64,000 nt of DNA from Amphiscolops sp. MND2022 (taxonomy: Eukaryota), in NCBI GenBank assembly GCA_964187785.1, contig OZ076409.1, positions 99,326,001 to 99,390,000 on the forward strand. The letters run 5' to 3'. Below the pieces are notes generated by a model. That model saw nothing but the letters and a program-made list of their open reading frames with translations. It ran no database searches and was not told the DNA's origin. The position numbers were made by a program, and so were the translations under genes. This document shows positions 13,460-26,750 of the stretch, one piece after another. Every line of letters starts with the position of its first letter. Position 1 is the first letter of the stretch.

Positions 13460-13766
13460 AACCTACATAAAAAATCAATTAACTTCCGGTTTTGCAGTTT
13501 TTAGGAGCCGGAAACGATATGTACCAGAAATTGCAATGGAAGGCACGATACTCTGGATTCATTTCACTATGTCCCCCCCCCCCCTTGACTCGATACACTG
13601 TATCCCCTGTATTCGTTTCCATTTGCAAATCACCACTCAGCCAATCAGAAGCGTTGATAAAGTGTTTAACTTTCTCCTCCCTTTTTACTGTAGGGGGGGA
13701 CGTAGTGAAGAAAATCCGTAGTTTGTTATATTGGTTTGCGGAAAACAACACGTCAAAATTGAAGGG

Positions 13767-14467
13767 CAAATGAGGGCAGCGGGTTTTTTCGCAATCATCA
13801 AAAAATTACGAATCACAAAAAGCATATAGGAAAACAAAGGTTTATCTTTCTTATCGGCAATCTATTGGACTAACTGGGGTGAGTTGTTATTTGTGTCAAT
13901 ATAGTTTTTTCCGAGCCACCAGCAAAAAAGTAACTAGAAAAATGAAGTGAAAACTTGCAATAGTGTTTTGGAAAAACCTTTTTCTAAGTGTTTTTCGTGC
14001 AGTACTTTGAAAACATGAAAATCGTGATGAAAGTTTTCATTTTCAGCGTTTGCTTAATTCTTTAGCCTCGAAAGTACCCGAGAAGTTGAAAAAGTGATGC
14101 CTTTCAAATGCCAAATTACCTTTCAAATGCAACTCGAACTTTTCGCTGAAGCTTCATTAGAAATTTCTATATGCGGTTTCAACGGTGGCAAACTGTGTTA
14201 TTAGAGTGTGACAGTAACTTAGCAAACAGTTGCTGTGTTTTTGAGAAAAAGTTAATTTTCTGAAAAGTATTTTTTTTGCAAATTTTCACTTTTTCTACTT
14301 ACCTTTTTGCCGGTTGTTCGGAAAACAATTTCTATTGACACAAATAACAACTCGCCCCAGGTAGTCCAATAGATTGTTGATTAGAAAAACAAAATTTCGT
14401 TTTCCTATATGCTTTTTGCGTTTCGTAATATTTTATTGATTGTGAAAAAAATCGCTGTCCTCATTTG
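13767..14467. mobile_element. Long-TIR (foldback-like) element
   Basis: Imperfect inverted arms of about 170 bp or more, caaatgagggcagcg ... cgctgtcctcatttg, flanked by ggg on both sides; partial relative near 32448-32850. Confidence 0.65.
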
Positions 14468-16343
14468 GGGACAAAAGCACTGTCGAGGTTAGTATTTGAC
14501 ACGACATCCTTCGCAAATAGAGATTAGAGAACAAGTATGATTTAGTCAAAGGTTGAATAGCTCGGAGCAGATTTTGGAATGGCAGGTTTTTGCTGAAAGG
14601 TTGAGTTCACAAGACAGAAAACAGACCTTACCTTTTTCGTTTTCACTTGAGAACCTCGAAGTGATTGATTTTTCATTCGCCTTGAAAAAATCCTTGTAAT
14701 TTAGGAAACATTTGGTCTCGTGATTCTCATAAAATGTACACACCAATTAAATCTTTAAATTTGCATTCAATCATATTTTTTGGTTGTATGGTATATATGA
14801 ATCTCGCATTGCTATAGTCGACCTTTTACTTTGAAAGTTCATGAAGAATATAGTTATCTGGCAAAACGGTGTCTGGGCTTCTATGGCTTCGAAAAGGTAA
14901 AGTGGATTGATTTGGAAAAGCCGAAGTACTTACGTGAGGTGTCAGGACATTTCGTTCTATGCATTTTCAACCTTCCGCGTTTTCGACCAAAACTACTTTA
15001 ATATTTCTGCGCCAGCTTAATGATTAGAAGCGTTGAATATGATTTTTTCCAGACCCATCAATTGACCCCTTTTAGCTAGTTTGTTTTATTCTCGTAGCAG
15101 TGCCTTCATTGAGATGACGCGCGAACGAGTCTTACGTCGTATACGCTTAGTAGTTGTATTTTCTCCAGTCCGATAAGGCTGTGTAAACTGGTATAGTGAA
15201 TAATTGTGCGCTGTATGATGAATTAACAAGAGCGTATAGTTATTTCATATTGTTGTTTTTAGTCGGCGCCTTTTCCCTGAAGGAAAAAAGCCCGACTCTT
15301 ACAGTGAGTAGTTTTTTTTTTCATTTTATTTTTTTCAGTTGACAATCTCACTCTGAGTGGTCCACTTTTCTTACAATTTGTTCATCTTTCATATTTGTTC
15401 ATCTTCGACCAAGCCGGAGAGCGTGGGTTCGATTCTCGCACTAAACCATAAATTTTTTAATGCTTCCAAAAGTACAGGTGAGACCAAAGGGTCCCCCTTT
15501 TGGGTTTTTTTTCGGCACTATGCGACTTTTTTTCGAAAATTTTCGAATTTTATCAAAGGGTACCCCCTTGCATTTTTTGAAGTTTTCGGTTTGTAGAAAA
15601 CGTTTAATGAGCCTAAATGACTTCTTTTTAGGTTTTTCGGCATTGTGCGACTTTTTTACTAAATACTTTTTTGGAAAAAACTTTTTCCAAATATTTCCAA
15701 TAGTTGTTCCTTGAATATTTTTGAGCCTAAGATATGGCGCCGACTTGGGACGTTCCCGTCTTGTTATTTATTATTGAACTTTGAAGTTAATGGTTATTTT
15801 AGCCTGAAACAAAATTATTACGGTGCCCGCGGGAGCCTATTTTTGTCTTATTGGCCCTGGTTGACCTGAGGTATTAGTTCATTTCAATACATGTAATTGT
15901 GGGTAATTACATTTTAAGAAGCCGGAAAAACCATCTCAAAACTGGTTTATTAATTAGCATTTTTGGTTGAAAATGGTTCGCATTGTTCATTTAAAAAGAT
16001 TGCCTATATTAATTATATAACGACTGACGCAAAATAGGATTAATGGTCAACATTCATTTTCGTCGAATTAGTGGACGGCTTGTATAACCGATCGAGTTTC
16101 AAGACGAATGAACATAAAGCTAATCTTGAATCTAATTGGACGACGAATTAAGAAAACTACTAAATTGACTTTCCTTTACTCGGGCCGGTTGTAATGCTAC
16201 ATTATCATTCAATGTTTATTTGGCCCTGTACCTTCATCAATTCCAATTTTTTTGTCTTTTTAGCATTCCTAACTTTTATTCTATGTCATCATTTGATGAT
16301 ATCATCCTAGTTTTTTTTTATTTCTAAGTTATCGTTTTTTCAG

Positions 16344-16422
16344 CTCAAACGAGAAACTTCAACTGAAGAAGAAATAGCATGTTCTGAATCGCCTGCTGCC
16401 CGACTTCGTAAACCTATGAAAG
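16344..16422 (+). CDS. Unknown gene, internal exon
   Basis: ttttttcag|CTC ... AAA G|gttcgt; LKRETSTEEEIACSESPAARLRKPMK; phase 0/1 links both neighbours. Confidence 0.65.
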
Positions 16423-16801
16423 GTTCGTTGCTGCTAAGTCCTAAAACTGCTCCTAAAATTTTTGTTTTCATATACAATTTTACCTTCTTCCATGCATTGT
16501 TTTGCTTTTTTTGTTAGAAAAATATCAAAAAAATCCTGATAATTTTTTGCTTCAGGTGTCGAAACACTTATCCTAGTGGATCCTAGACAATCCTCTAAGT
16601 GTTTAAAGCCATTTCAATTTCCTTAATTCAGTTCCCGGGGCCAAATGATCCAATTTGACACCTTAAAATTTTGTAGCACTATTTTGGTCAGTTCGTGTGG
16701 ATTGAAGAAGAGTCACTAGTATAGTCGCGTTTTACTTCATGAAGCGCCGACTAAAATTGGTCCTATTGTTCCTGTATAATTTCCCGTCTAATGTGATTTA
16801 G

Positions 16802-16904
16802 GTAAAAACAGCAGAAAGATCAACAAGAAGTCTCTAGCGGAGCTGGGCTTCCAAATGGCAGATGTGACTGACTCGGAAGAGGAGAACTATGCGACATACA
16901 TCAA
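16802..16904 (+). CDS. Unknown gene, internal exon
   Basis: atttag|GT ... AA|gtacta; GKNSRKINKKSLAELGFQMADVTDSEEENYATYIK; phase 1/2. Confidence 0.68.
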
Positions 16905-16945
16905 GTACTAACATCTTTAATTCGCCGTACATACATAAATACATA

Positions 16946-17347
16946 CCATACTGTAATAAATGAATTGGACCTCTGTTTGTAAAAAATGATTTGGACTCGA
17001 TTTAAGGGGACCAAAAAGTATTTTGGAAAACTGTAAAAAACTAAAAGTTTAATACATTTTAACGGTGATTACAAACGATATTGTTTGAAAATGATGAGAT
17101 CAATTTACAAAAACTTAGAAACTATGCATTTTACTACTGATTTTGTTTCTAACTTATTTTATTTTAAATTTCGAAAGCCTTGAGTGTTGAAAAAAAAACA
17201 TTTTAAATCTTTCAGACGCTTTTTCAACAAAATATTTGATCAAGAGTTTTTTTGATCACCTCCAAAATCACTCGGGTTTCGAGCTAATTTATTTTCAGTC
17301 CAAATCATTTTTTACAATCAGGGGTCCAATTCATTTATTCAGTATGG
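16946..17347. mobile_element. TA-flanked MITE
   Basis: TA|ccatactgtaataaatgaattggacc ... ggtccaattcatttattcagtatgg|TA. Confidence 0.8.
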
Positions 17348-18675
17348 TACAATCTTGTTCTCAAATAACGCAACTCACTGGTCAGCAGTGAATTAGGTCA
17401 CTTGTAAGCGAAAGCGCAAAAGGAAGCGAAAGCGACGTAATATCCGAATAAGCGCCGAAAGCGACGATGACTGAAATTTGCTGAAATTTGATTGATCGGA
17501 AGTTTTAGCTATTTTGGTAACAAAAACAGCCGAACCACCAGTTTCACCCAAAATACCAGTACAGTTGAACGATTAAATCAAATCATTTGTGGTGGTTGTC
17601 TGTTGAACAAGCCGGGAACGGCCCAAGTCAGCGCCATATCTAAGGCTCAAAAAGACTCGAAAACCACTTTTTCTACAACTGAAGACAACAAAAGCTCTCA
17701 AAAAAACTAAAAATTGAGAAAAAAATTCAGATTTTTTTTCGATTTTTTTTGAAGTTTCCGGTAAGTCGCATAGTGCCAAAAAATGTAAAAGGGGAACCCT
17801 TTGGGATTTTTTGAACATCTATTCTGCTGCAAAATATCAAAAAATGATGGGGGGAACAATGAAAAAATTTCGGGAAATGAGAAATTTGAACAGTCTCATA
17901 GTGTCGAAAAAGGTGAAAAGGGCCCTTCTGCTTTGGAATGGCTTTCTATCTCATGTTAGAGGCTTTGGATGCGTTGAAAATGAAGTGCTATGTACATATG
18001 ATAAAAGTGCATAATGCACAAAAAGTGGACCGATCGCGTTTAACTCACGAAAAAACAGCCACTGTAAGAGTCGGGATTTTCTTCGAAAACGCCGACTAAA
18101 AAACGAAGTAACCGATCGAAAATTCCAAAAGCTCGAAATTTAAAGAAGTTGCAGCTTTTGAAAACTTAAATTAGCTAAGCCAAAGTTTTTTCTTCAAGAA
18201 AGCGTCGCTTAATCGTTAGTGGACCAGTCAAACGCAACAACAAGGAACCTAATTCACTGCTGGCCAGAAAATCTATTTTCAAGTTCCAGTATCGAAAAAC
18301 AGTCAAGACAATCCGAAATCAGGGAAAAACGAAGATCAGATGTTAAAATTGAATGCATTTCGCTAAATATTTTATCAATTCAGCAACATACATACACTGA
18401 AAACAAGACGAAAACGTCTAAAGTTGGCGCTATATCCAAGCCTTAAAAAGCGCAAAGTTTTTAAAACATGCCTAGGACGTAATTATAAAAAGCTCAGAAA
18501 GCAGTTTCGAGACACCCAAAGGGTGCCTTTCATGCTCGATAAGACTCGGAAACCACTTTTTCCCAACTGGGAACAAAAATATTGAAAACTTCGGGTTTTT
18601 TCTTTCAGAAAATGTCGCATTATACCTCCATAGCCTTTTTATTGTCTTTCTTACGTTGATTGTTTACCATTGCAG

Positions 18676-18781
18676 AGGAGCAGTTCTCCAATTGCGTCTT
18701 CTGGAAAAACTGGACTTGGCTGAAGACCTGAATGGGTTGGGGCTACACGTGCCCATCCCAGACATCGGAGGAGACGACTAA
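18676..18781 (+). CDS. Unknown gene, terminal exon
   Basis: ttgcag|A GGA ...; GAVLQLRLLEKLDLAEDLNGLGLHVPIPDIGGDD*; phase 2 matches the previous exon. Confidence 0.65.
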
Positions 18782-18787
18782 CACTTG

Positions 18788-18823
18788 TGACGTCACCGTT
18801 ATGACGTCACAGTTATGACGTCA
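18788..18823. promoter_or_regulatory. Three tandem perfect CRE palindromes (TGACGTCA)
   Basis: TGACGTCA at 18788, 18802 and 18816, 14-bp period. Function not shown. Confidence 0.35.
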
Positions 18824-18875
18824 CGGTAGCCGTGATTTTGGCCGAACAGCATTAAAGCCGCCTGAGATTATGAGC

Positions 18876-19254
18876 GGGCTCTTTTCTGCCAAACCAAATT
18901 TTTTCGCAAAAATAATGAAAATATTAAAAGACTTGATTACAAATCAGAAACCTTCAGTTTGAAAATTTATTTCCGGGGTGACAATTTAGAAGCCAGATAA
19001 AAACTTTGATCACATTGTCAATTCACTTTCTTAAGACGTTCAACAGCTTCCTATTTTGAGTCACAAAAAACAGTTAATTTTCAACATATTTACAGTCAAA
19101 ATGCGTGGAAAATGTTTTGTTCAAACAACAATCTATTCCAATAGATGTCAATTTCCTGTTACGGAAAAAGAATTTACTTTATTTAGGCTAATCTGAAATT
19201 TTTAAAGAAATTCACTCTCAAAAATTTTGGTGGTGGGGATACAGAAAAGAGCCC
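18876..19254. mobile_element. MITE with GGGCTC TIRs, apparent 6-bp TSD
   Basis: gggctcttttctg / cagaaaagagccc, flanks atgagc / atgagt; relative at 61524-61943 with flanks actctt / actctt. Confidence 0.7.
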
Positions 19255-20827
19255 ATGAGTGAATCTACATTAACTTTCATTTCTTCTGACGGTAATTAAT
19301 TGTTACATAATAGTTACGAAATTGAGGCTTTCCGAAGTGGTTTGGCCAATTACCATTGAGAATTCAATCGTATTCTGCTAAACAAAACGATTCGTCTCTA
19401 ATCCTGTTCGGCTGAAATCCATACCACCATGAATGCATAGTTTATGTAGCAGCCGAATCTAAATGTAGTTTATTCACCAACGTCGCACTTAATTCATTAG
19501 AATCATTTAATTGGAGTGACAAATTCAGTATTCTACTGAACCCATTTTTGTTTTGGAATCTGTCAAATAGTTTTGCAAAAGTCAAACTTTCGAGAATCTG
19601 TCTTGAGTTGAATGATTTACTCCTGGGATCTTTTGTCAACTTAGGTTTATCCCGAAAAATTCATGCTATTAGCAATTTACGCCTCGTGAGCACGAAGAAT
19701 TGCTAAGGAGATTTGAGATCCGAGACAATCGAGGTAGAGAGCTGGTATTGAGTTTTTTTGAGATTTTTTAAATCTCTCCGAGAGACCAAAAAGGTAATTG
19801 AAAAAAGTTTTCTATCAATTGCTCCTGTAGTAAAAATTCAGAACTTTTAAACTTGTTTAATCTTAAAATTCATTATGGTTGGTTCCATATGCAATCAAAA
19901 AAGTTTGATTGATATTTTTTAATATTGTTCCTATTTGATTTTTAAATTTCGATCTCCAGTTTTTCATGAAATTCTATCAATTTTGACAAAGTAAAAATTC
20001 CACCGATGAAGAGGGAGAATATTGCGAACATTTCTATCGACTCGATCAATTCGGAATTTCCTGTGCCAAACAACACGCCAAGCGATCGCCATGAGGCTCG
20101 AAAACAGCTTCTTCACTAACTCGAAACATCAAAAAGCCCATTTTTTCCTATGGTGTTGAAAATCCCAAAAAGAGACCCATTAAGTTCGCATTAAACGGCT
20201 TTCGTCAACAGAAAAAATATTTTGTGCGAAAATTTCGGAAGTTCTACCATTTTTTTTTCGGTAAGTCGCACAATACCGGAATGCCCTAAGGGGTCCTCTA
20301 TAATCGCAAAACGCTTCGTGTATGCTTAACATTTTAGAGAGGTTTCGTAAAAAAAAACAGAAAGGTTGCATTAGGCCGATAAAAGCCCGAAGTGGGAACC
20401 CTATTGTCTGTACCTTTGCAAGCATGAAAAATTTTGGTTTAGTGTGGGACTTGATCCCACGTACCCCTGCTTGTCAGGCCCCGTCACCAGTCTATCGAAA
20501 GCGTCGACTAAAGAATCTCAATGCTCGAGGAACGCTAAGCGTGGTATGATTTCAGAGCTTCTAGTTTCTGTAAACAAGCCGGGAACGGCCCAAGTCGACG
20601 CCATATCTAAAGCTCAAAAATAGCAAAAGACTTCAAAGTGTCAAAGTATTCTCTTCTAAAGCACCCCAAAAACCCAAAAGTTGGACCGGATTGGGGCGCC
20701 AGGGGAACGCTTTGACATTTTTTGACCCTTCTGTCGCAAATCATCAAAAAAAAAATGAAGGGGACCCTTTGGTTTAAAACAAATTGAACAAAAGTGTCAA
20801 TTCCGAAAAATGAAAGGGGACCTGGTG

Positions 20828-21328
20828 TTTTTAGTCGGCGCTTTTCTTAAGAAAAGAGCCCGACTATTACAGTCACTCGTTTTTTTCCTTTTTTTATTTA
20901 AGACAGACTCGAAGCGACGAACGTTAACGTTCAGTATCTTCAACTAAACGAATACACCGGAAACGCATCTAAGTTATTCCAAAGGGTCCCCCCTTTGGTT
21001 TTTACTTTTTATTAACTTTTTCAAGGAAACCCACAAAACCGGACGTGCCTAAAGGGTCCCCCCTTTGGATTTTTTTCGGCACTGTGCGACTTTTTTTCGA
21101 AAATTTTTTAATGTCCCCAAAGGGTCCCCCCTTCGAGGTTTTTGATATTTTGCAACGGAATGTATGTTAATAAATCCAGAAGGGTCCCCCTTTTACATTT
21201 TTCGGCACTATGCGACTTTTTTTTGGAAGAAAAAATTTTTTCAAAAATTTCAAGTTTTTTTCCAAAAAATTGTTTTGCGCTTTTTGAGCCTTAGATATGG
21301 CGCCGACTTTAGACGTTCTCGTATTGTT
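20828..21328 (+). mobile_element. Helentron/DINE-1-like non-autonomous element, family A (example; more than 20 copies or fragments in window)
   Basis: 5' ttttAGTCGGCGC inside hairpin agtcgg-cgctttt-cttaag-aaaagagc-ccgact; 3' GCGCCGACT, short stem-loop, TTGTT end; T-rich flanks, no TSD. Confidence 0.8.
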
Positions 21329-22908
21329 CAACATCCATTCTGCCGCAAAATTCCAGAAAAAATGAAGGCGGAGCTAGTGTAATTTGAGGCCCGATCAATT
21401 TGGTGACTATTAGCGTCAGATATTATCATATCAGCCAATATGTATTTAACTTGATTTATTTGAAGAGGTTAGCATATTTGTTGTATGGCTCGGTCGCTTC
21501 GCTCCCTTTGCCAAGTAGAAACATTGAGGCATTTAGGGCACTAGGGGTATGTGAATATAGCTGACTACGTTATAATAATAAGTTCGATGAACAAATTTTC
21601 CGGCCTCTGATAACATTTCATTATCGGGCCTAAATAAACGTTCCCAAAAAATTATTGAGAAAAAATTTTACCGAATTTTTTTTCGAAATTTTTTTGAAGT
21701 CTCAGGTAAGTCGCATAGTGCCGAAAAATTTAAAAGAGGGGACCCTTTGGGATTTTTTGAACGTCCATTCTGTTGCAAAATATCAAAAAATTGAAGGGAG
21801 GACCCTTTGGAGACATTAAAAAAGTTTGCGAATAAAAGTCTCAAAGCCGAAATTACATGCACAAAAAAATTTGGTCAAGGGTGAGACTCGAACCCACGTC
21901 CTTCTGCTTGGCAGACATCAAAAACTATCCTAATTAACCTCTATGTTACGTGGCAGTAGAAGTTACAAGTGTGGCAGTTGGTGGACGCAGCTTATAAAGC
22001 TTATGAAATCTGTCACTTCGTTGGTCTTGAAAAAAAAGAAAAGTCACTGCTATAGTTTGCGTTTTCTACGAAAAGCGGAGACTAAAAAGCGGAAAAAGTC
22101 AGGAGGAGAATGTGTTGTGAATTTCCTAATTGACAAGCTGAACAAATTAAGGTAAAAGGTGAACCTTATTCTGTAAGGCTGATGAAGTTGACAAACCGGG
22201 AATGTTGATCATCACCGCTCTGTTTGAGGCTCAAAATGCGTTGAATATGTCAAATCGTTAAGGAATCCGACTGTGCTGTTTTTCTAACTGGAACATCAAC
22301 AAACAGGTAACGACATAAGTCGGCGCCCCGCTTAAGGCTCAAAAATAGCAAAAGGAATATTCTCTTCCACCGTACCAAAAAATATAAAAGGGGGACCGAA
22401 CAGGCGCGCTAAAATGGGGACCCTTTTGGATTTTTAACATCCATGCTCTGGCAAAACTATCGTCACTGTAAATATATGTTTCTGTGTAAGCTGGAAATGT
22501 TATAGGACCCTCGATTTTTTCCAGACTGATTTGTCGACCCGTTTTGTTCGCCAATAGTAGTAGCAGTGAGGCAGCGCTGCTCGAAATCATTAGCTAGGTC
22601 ATCTATTTTTTGTTGCAGCGATGCAGATTTCTTATCAAAACGAAGCGAATGAGTGTTAATCATTTCTACACTCAAATGCGAATGCGAAACGTTGTATAGG
22701 CAGTAATATTTTCTTTTGTCTGAGAAACCTCAAAGACTTGTAAACTGGTGCTGTGATTATTTGTGTCCATATAATGCATGAATATCCGGAGTTTTTCAGA
22801 TACATTGTGTTTTAACCATTGAACTTTGTTCTCAAGTAAAATGGCCAAAAACCAGCGTTTTTTGATGTGGTTTATAAATCCAATGAGAATTTATATGAAG
22901 TTAGTACA

Positions 22909-23400
22909 AACAAGACGGGAACGTCTCAAGTCGGCGCTATATCTAAGGCTCAAAAAGCGCAAAACATTTTTTTTGGAAAAAAACTTGAAATTTTCGAAAA
23001 AAATTTTCTTTCGGAAAATGTCGCACAGTGCCGAAAAATGTAAAAGGGGGGACCCTTTTTGATTTATAAACACGCATTCTGTAGCAAAATAACAAAAAAC
23101 TCAAAGGGGGGAACCTTTGGGTACATTAAAGAAATTTCGAAAAAAGTCTCACAGTGCCGAAAAAAAAATCGAAAGGGGGGACCCTTTAGTCCCGTCCGGT
23201 CTTGTAGGTAACGTTTAAAAAGTAAATGAATGCGCTCCCCGTTTGCCTTTCCTTTACCGGTCCAGTAGTTTAGTACTGTATTCAGTAGTTTAGTAGTTGA
23301 ACGTTAATTTTAACGTTCGTCGCTTCGAGTCTGTCTTAAATAAAAAAAACGAGTGACTGTAATAGTCGGGCTCTTTTCTTAAGAAAAGCGCCGACTAAAA
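22909..23400 (-). mobile_element. Helentron-like family A, full-length
   Basis: aacaagacgggaacgtctcaagtcggcgc ... agtcgggctcttttcttaagaaaagcgccgactaaaa; 3' stem-loop agacg-ttcc-cgtct on element strand. Confidence 0.8.
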
Positions 23401-26260
23401 ATTAGTTGTGAGAAGTCGTTAGCCGGAAAAGTTGCCTAAAGCTGGAAAAGTTGCCCAAATTTCCCTGTTTGTTTTTGATTCGCAAGCTTTCTGCTGAAAC
23501 GGCTCATCGACTCCGCCGACTAGGTCATCTATTTGGGAAAAAGTGACATCTATACTGTTTGGGAAAAAGTGACACTTTCGAATGATTTTTCCACTTCTTA
23601 CTACCTTCCCCCTTTTTGATCATTTTATAATTTGAAATTTAATACGTTCAATTTTGTAGTTGTCACTGCGGCCCTAAGCTTCGTAAAAACGTATTAAAAT
23701 AATGCGTAATTGGTTATTCAATAATCGTAGATGTCAAGGGTAAAGAAGTGTCTTCTATATAAAAGTGCTTGTCCATGAAGTTTGTTATTTTCCGACCCCA
23801 CATTTTAAAATGGGTGAGGAAAATCATGATCTGTGACGCGTTTTTTTTCCAAATTTTGCTAAATCTCCACAATCTCGACATTTTGATTACTTGATTATTT
23901 TATATAGCTACTAGATACTAAAATCGTCAAGTAACTAAAATAGCATACAGCGGGAATAATATCTAAAGTCAAAAAAGGAAATAAGATCTAAAGGGAATAA
24001 GATCTAAAGTTTCAGGGCGGGAATAAGATCTAAAAGGAATAAAATCACTAAATTTTAGATTTTTTTCTTTAGATCCTATTCCCTCCTCCCAAAATAGTTA
24101 TGGTTCAGTTGGTGAAGGCGAACAGAGCGGAAATTATCCCGGTGCTTAGCGGGCGTCTTGTTTATAACTATCATGGTTTTGTAGAGTTACCATCTTACCG
24201 TTTTTGAGTTCATAAGTTTGAATCCTATTTTGTATTCTTGAATGGGTTAAAGACTAAACAGTCAGTTTCTAAACACATTTATGGTTTTTTGCCTAAAAGT
24301 TTAACTAATCGTTTGATTTCATCCCACGAAGCAGTAGTTTTGTCATTAATATCTGAGTCTATCTTATTTGGTCTCTATTTGTTCACTTCTAGACTGATCA
24401 AACTATAATTCAGTTTTCAAGTTTTAAGGTTTCATGAATCGTTGAAAAAATCCATTCTACAGTGTCTTGATATCCTAATTTTTGCCATGATGAAAATATA
24501 AGCAACTTTAACATGTCAATTCGAAATATTTTTTTTCATAAAAATTTTTCTTGTTAGGACTTCAGGAAAATTAAATTTTCTAAGTACATTCGGGTTACTT
24601 TTTATTTTTTCCCGTTATAAACGCTTCGGTACGACCTTTCAAAAATTTTCCGATAATTTCTCTTCAAAATTCAACTTCGCCGGTATAGGGACAAAGGGAC
24701 CATTTCGACCATGTTGAGAGCGCTCGATCCACAAAATTTTCGATTTTTTTTTCTACAGGTTAAAGTGTTTCTGGTACGACATCACTGATCAAGTTTTTTC
24801 GATTTTTCACTACTTGATTCGTTTTAAACCAAACCGAAGCTAGCGTAGGGTCTAAGGGGATTCTTTGGTGCTTGTAAAAACCACTATCGCCAAAAAAGTT
24901 GTGGTTTCATTGTGTAGCACCTGAGTTTTATCCCTTCAGAAGAAATAAGATAACAAATTTTTCCCTCAGTCGCCCATGTTTTAATTTCGTCTTGTCGCAT
25001 GAATCATTTGACTTCCTCGAAAACCGTGATGCGTTCATTGCCAAGTTGCAGTTATGGGTTTCCAGGTTCATTTTTAGTCGGCGCTTTTCGTAGAAAACGC
25101 AGACTATAGCAGTTGCTTTTCTTAAGGCCAACGAAGTGACAGATTTTATAAGCTTTATAAGCTGACTTGAACTAACACTAACTGCCACACTACTTCTACT
25201 GGCACTTGAAATAGAGGTTAATTAGGCTTTTTTGAGGTCCCCTTTTACATTTTTCGGCTTTATGTGACTTACCGGAGACCAAAAAAATTTTGAAAAAAAT
25301 TTCGAAATAAAATTTCGGATTTTTTTTCAATTTTTTCCTCATGCGGGTACTGTAGAAGCGAATACTTGACACTTTGAAGTCCTTTTGCTGTTTTTGAGCC
25401 TTAGATATGGCGCCGACTCGGGCCGTTCCCGGCCTCTTCAATTTCTGCCATAGCAGGAATTTTTTCAGTGATACTGAAAAATTCAGATATTTTCTCCGAC
25501 AGTGACTATAAGCGTGAGAATTCAATTTGTCAAGTTGCCGACGACAATTCAATTTTCGTGCGATGAAGTGAGCGAGTGGCATTTATGCTTTCGTACGCCG
25601 AGTTATTGAGATGAAGCGAACGAGTGTTAATTATTCGTTCGCCGAGAGCTTCGCCTGCATTCAAATGCGAATGCGAAACTTTGTCTACGCTTAATAGTTA
25701 TATTTGCTTTAGTCCGAGATTTAAAGGCTGTATAAACTGGTACAGTGATTAATTGTGCGCTAATAAATAATGGTTAAACAGGAGTGTATTGGTATTCCAG
25801 ATATGATTCCATCATTAATGAAAGATTAAAGCAGAAATTATAGTGTGCCCCGGAGGGGCCTATTTTATGGTACGTTTCAAGAGCTCGGGTTGAAGCCGAA
25901 ACGTAACTTTTGGTTCGGATGAACTGAAATGAGCCGAGGTGAACCTAATTGTGGAGTTCATTCAGTGTCAGTGAAACCTGACAACACAACAAAGTAACCT
26001 TTAGGGGCAAATTTCACATGCTTTTCATCTCTTTCAAAGCTCACCGTGACTCAAACTTGAGAAGTCGTTTAAATTTCTTTTGTTCTATTACAATCATATT
26101 TACAAAGTTAATGAAGCAGGTTGAATGTGTTGTTTGCCTTTATACATATAGCGAATGTTGATTCATTCTTTCTAGAGGGTTACATGACATTTCATCATCC
26201 TATGCAATTTCAACCGCTGACAATTTCAACTTATTGCATTTTCGACTGCGCAATTTCAAC

Positions 26261-26750
26261 CACGGGTGCTCAAAAATTAATTGGTAGGCAAAAAATCAAT
26301 TATTCAGGAAACAATCAATTAATTGCAATTACTTATCAGATGCAATCAATTAATTGCAGCAATTGCAATTAATTGCATTAATGTTTAACACTAGCGCACA
26401 CTTCGCTCACTAGTTCTTGGTCCCAGACTTTCCTATTCCAGAAAAAGTTGCATCTCAAAAATTGCTGGTGTCAGCCGTTGCCTGTAATCACTGAAAGTAA
26501 AGCTTGTCAAGCTGAAAAATCTTTCAACCAAGTTTGAGGTTGGCAACAGAAATCGTGAATCCATGCAGCCACTTTTAGGAATTTTCGAGGATTTTTCCAT
26601 TTTTCGAGATAGTTTGATACCTTCTACATGCATTTGTCTGAAACAATTAATTGCCTGCCCCAAAAATCAATTCACTAATTGGTTTCAAATTCCCAATCAA
26701 TTAATTGTATGCAATTAATTGGAAGTACAATCAATTTTTGAGCACCCCTG
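26261..26750 (-). mobile_element. Internally deleted hAT transposon with transposase C-terminal remnant
   Basis: TIR cacgggtgctcaaaaatt / aatttttgagcacccctg; exact 8-bp TSD atttcaac; minus-strand LLPTSNLVERFFS...RQRLTPAIFEMQLFL fits the hAT C-terminal dimerisation motif. Confidence 0.88.

Noticed and set aside
16955..16960. AATAAA as the main poly(A) signal of the unknown gene
   Set aside because: It lies in a MITE TIR and a phase-compatible terminal exon exists at 18676-18781; kept only as a possible alternative isoform.
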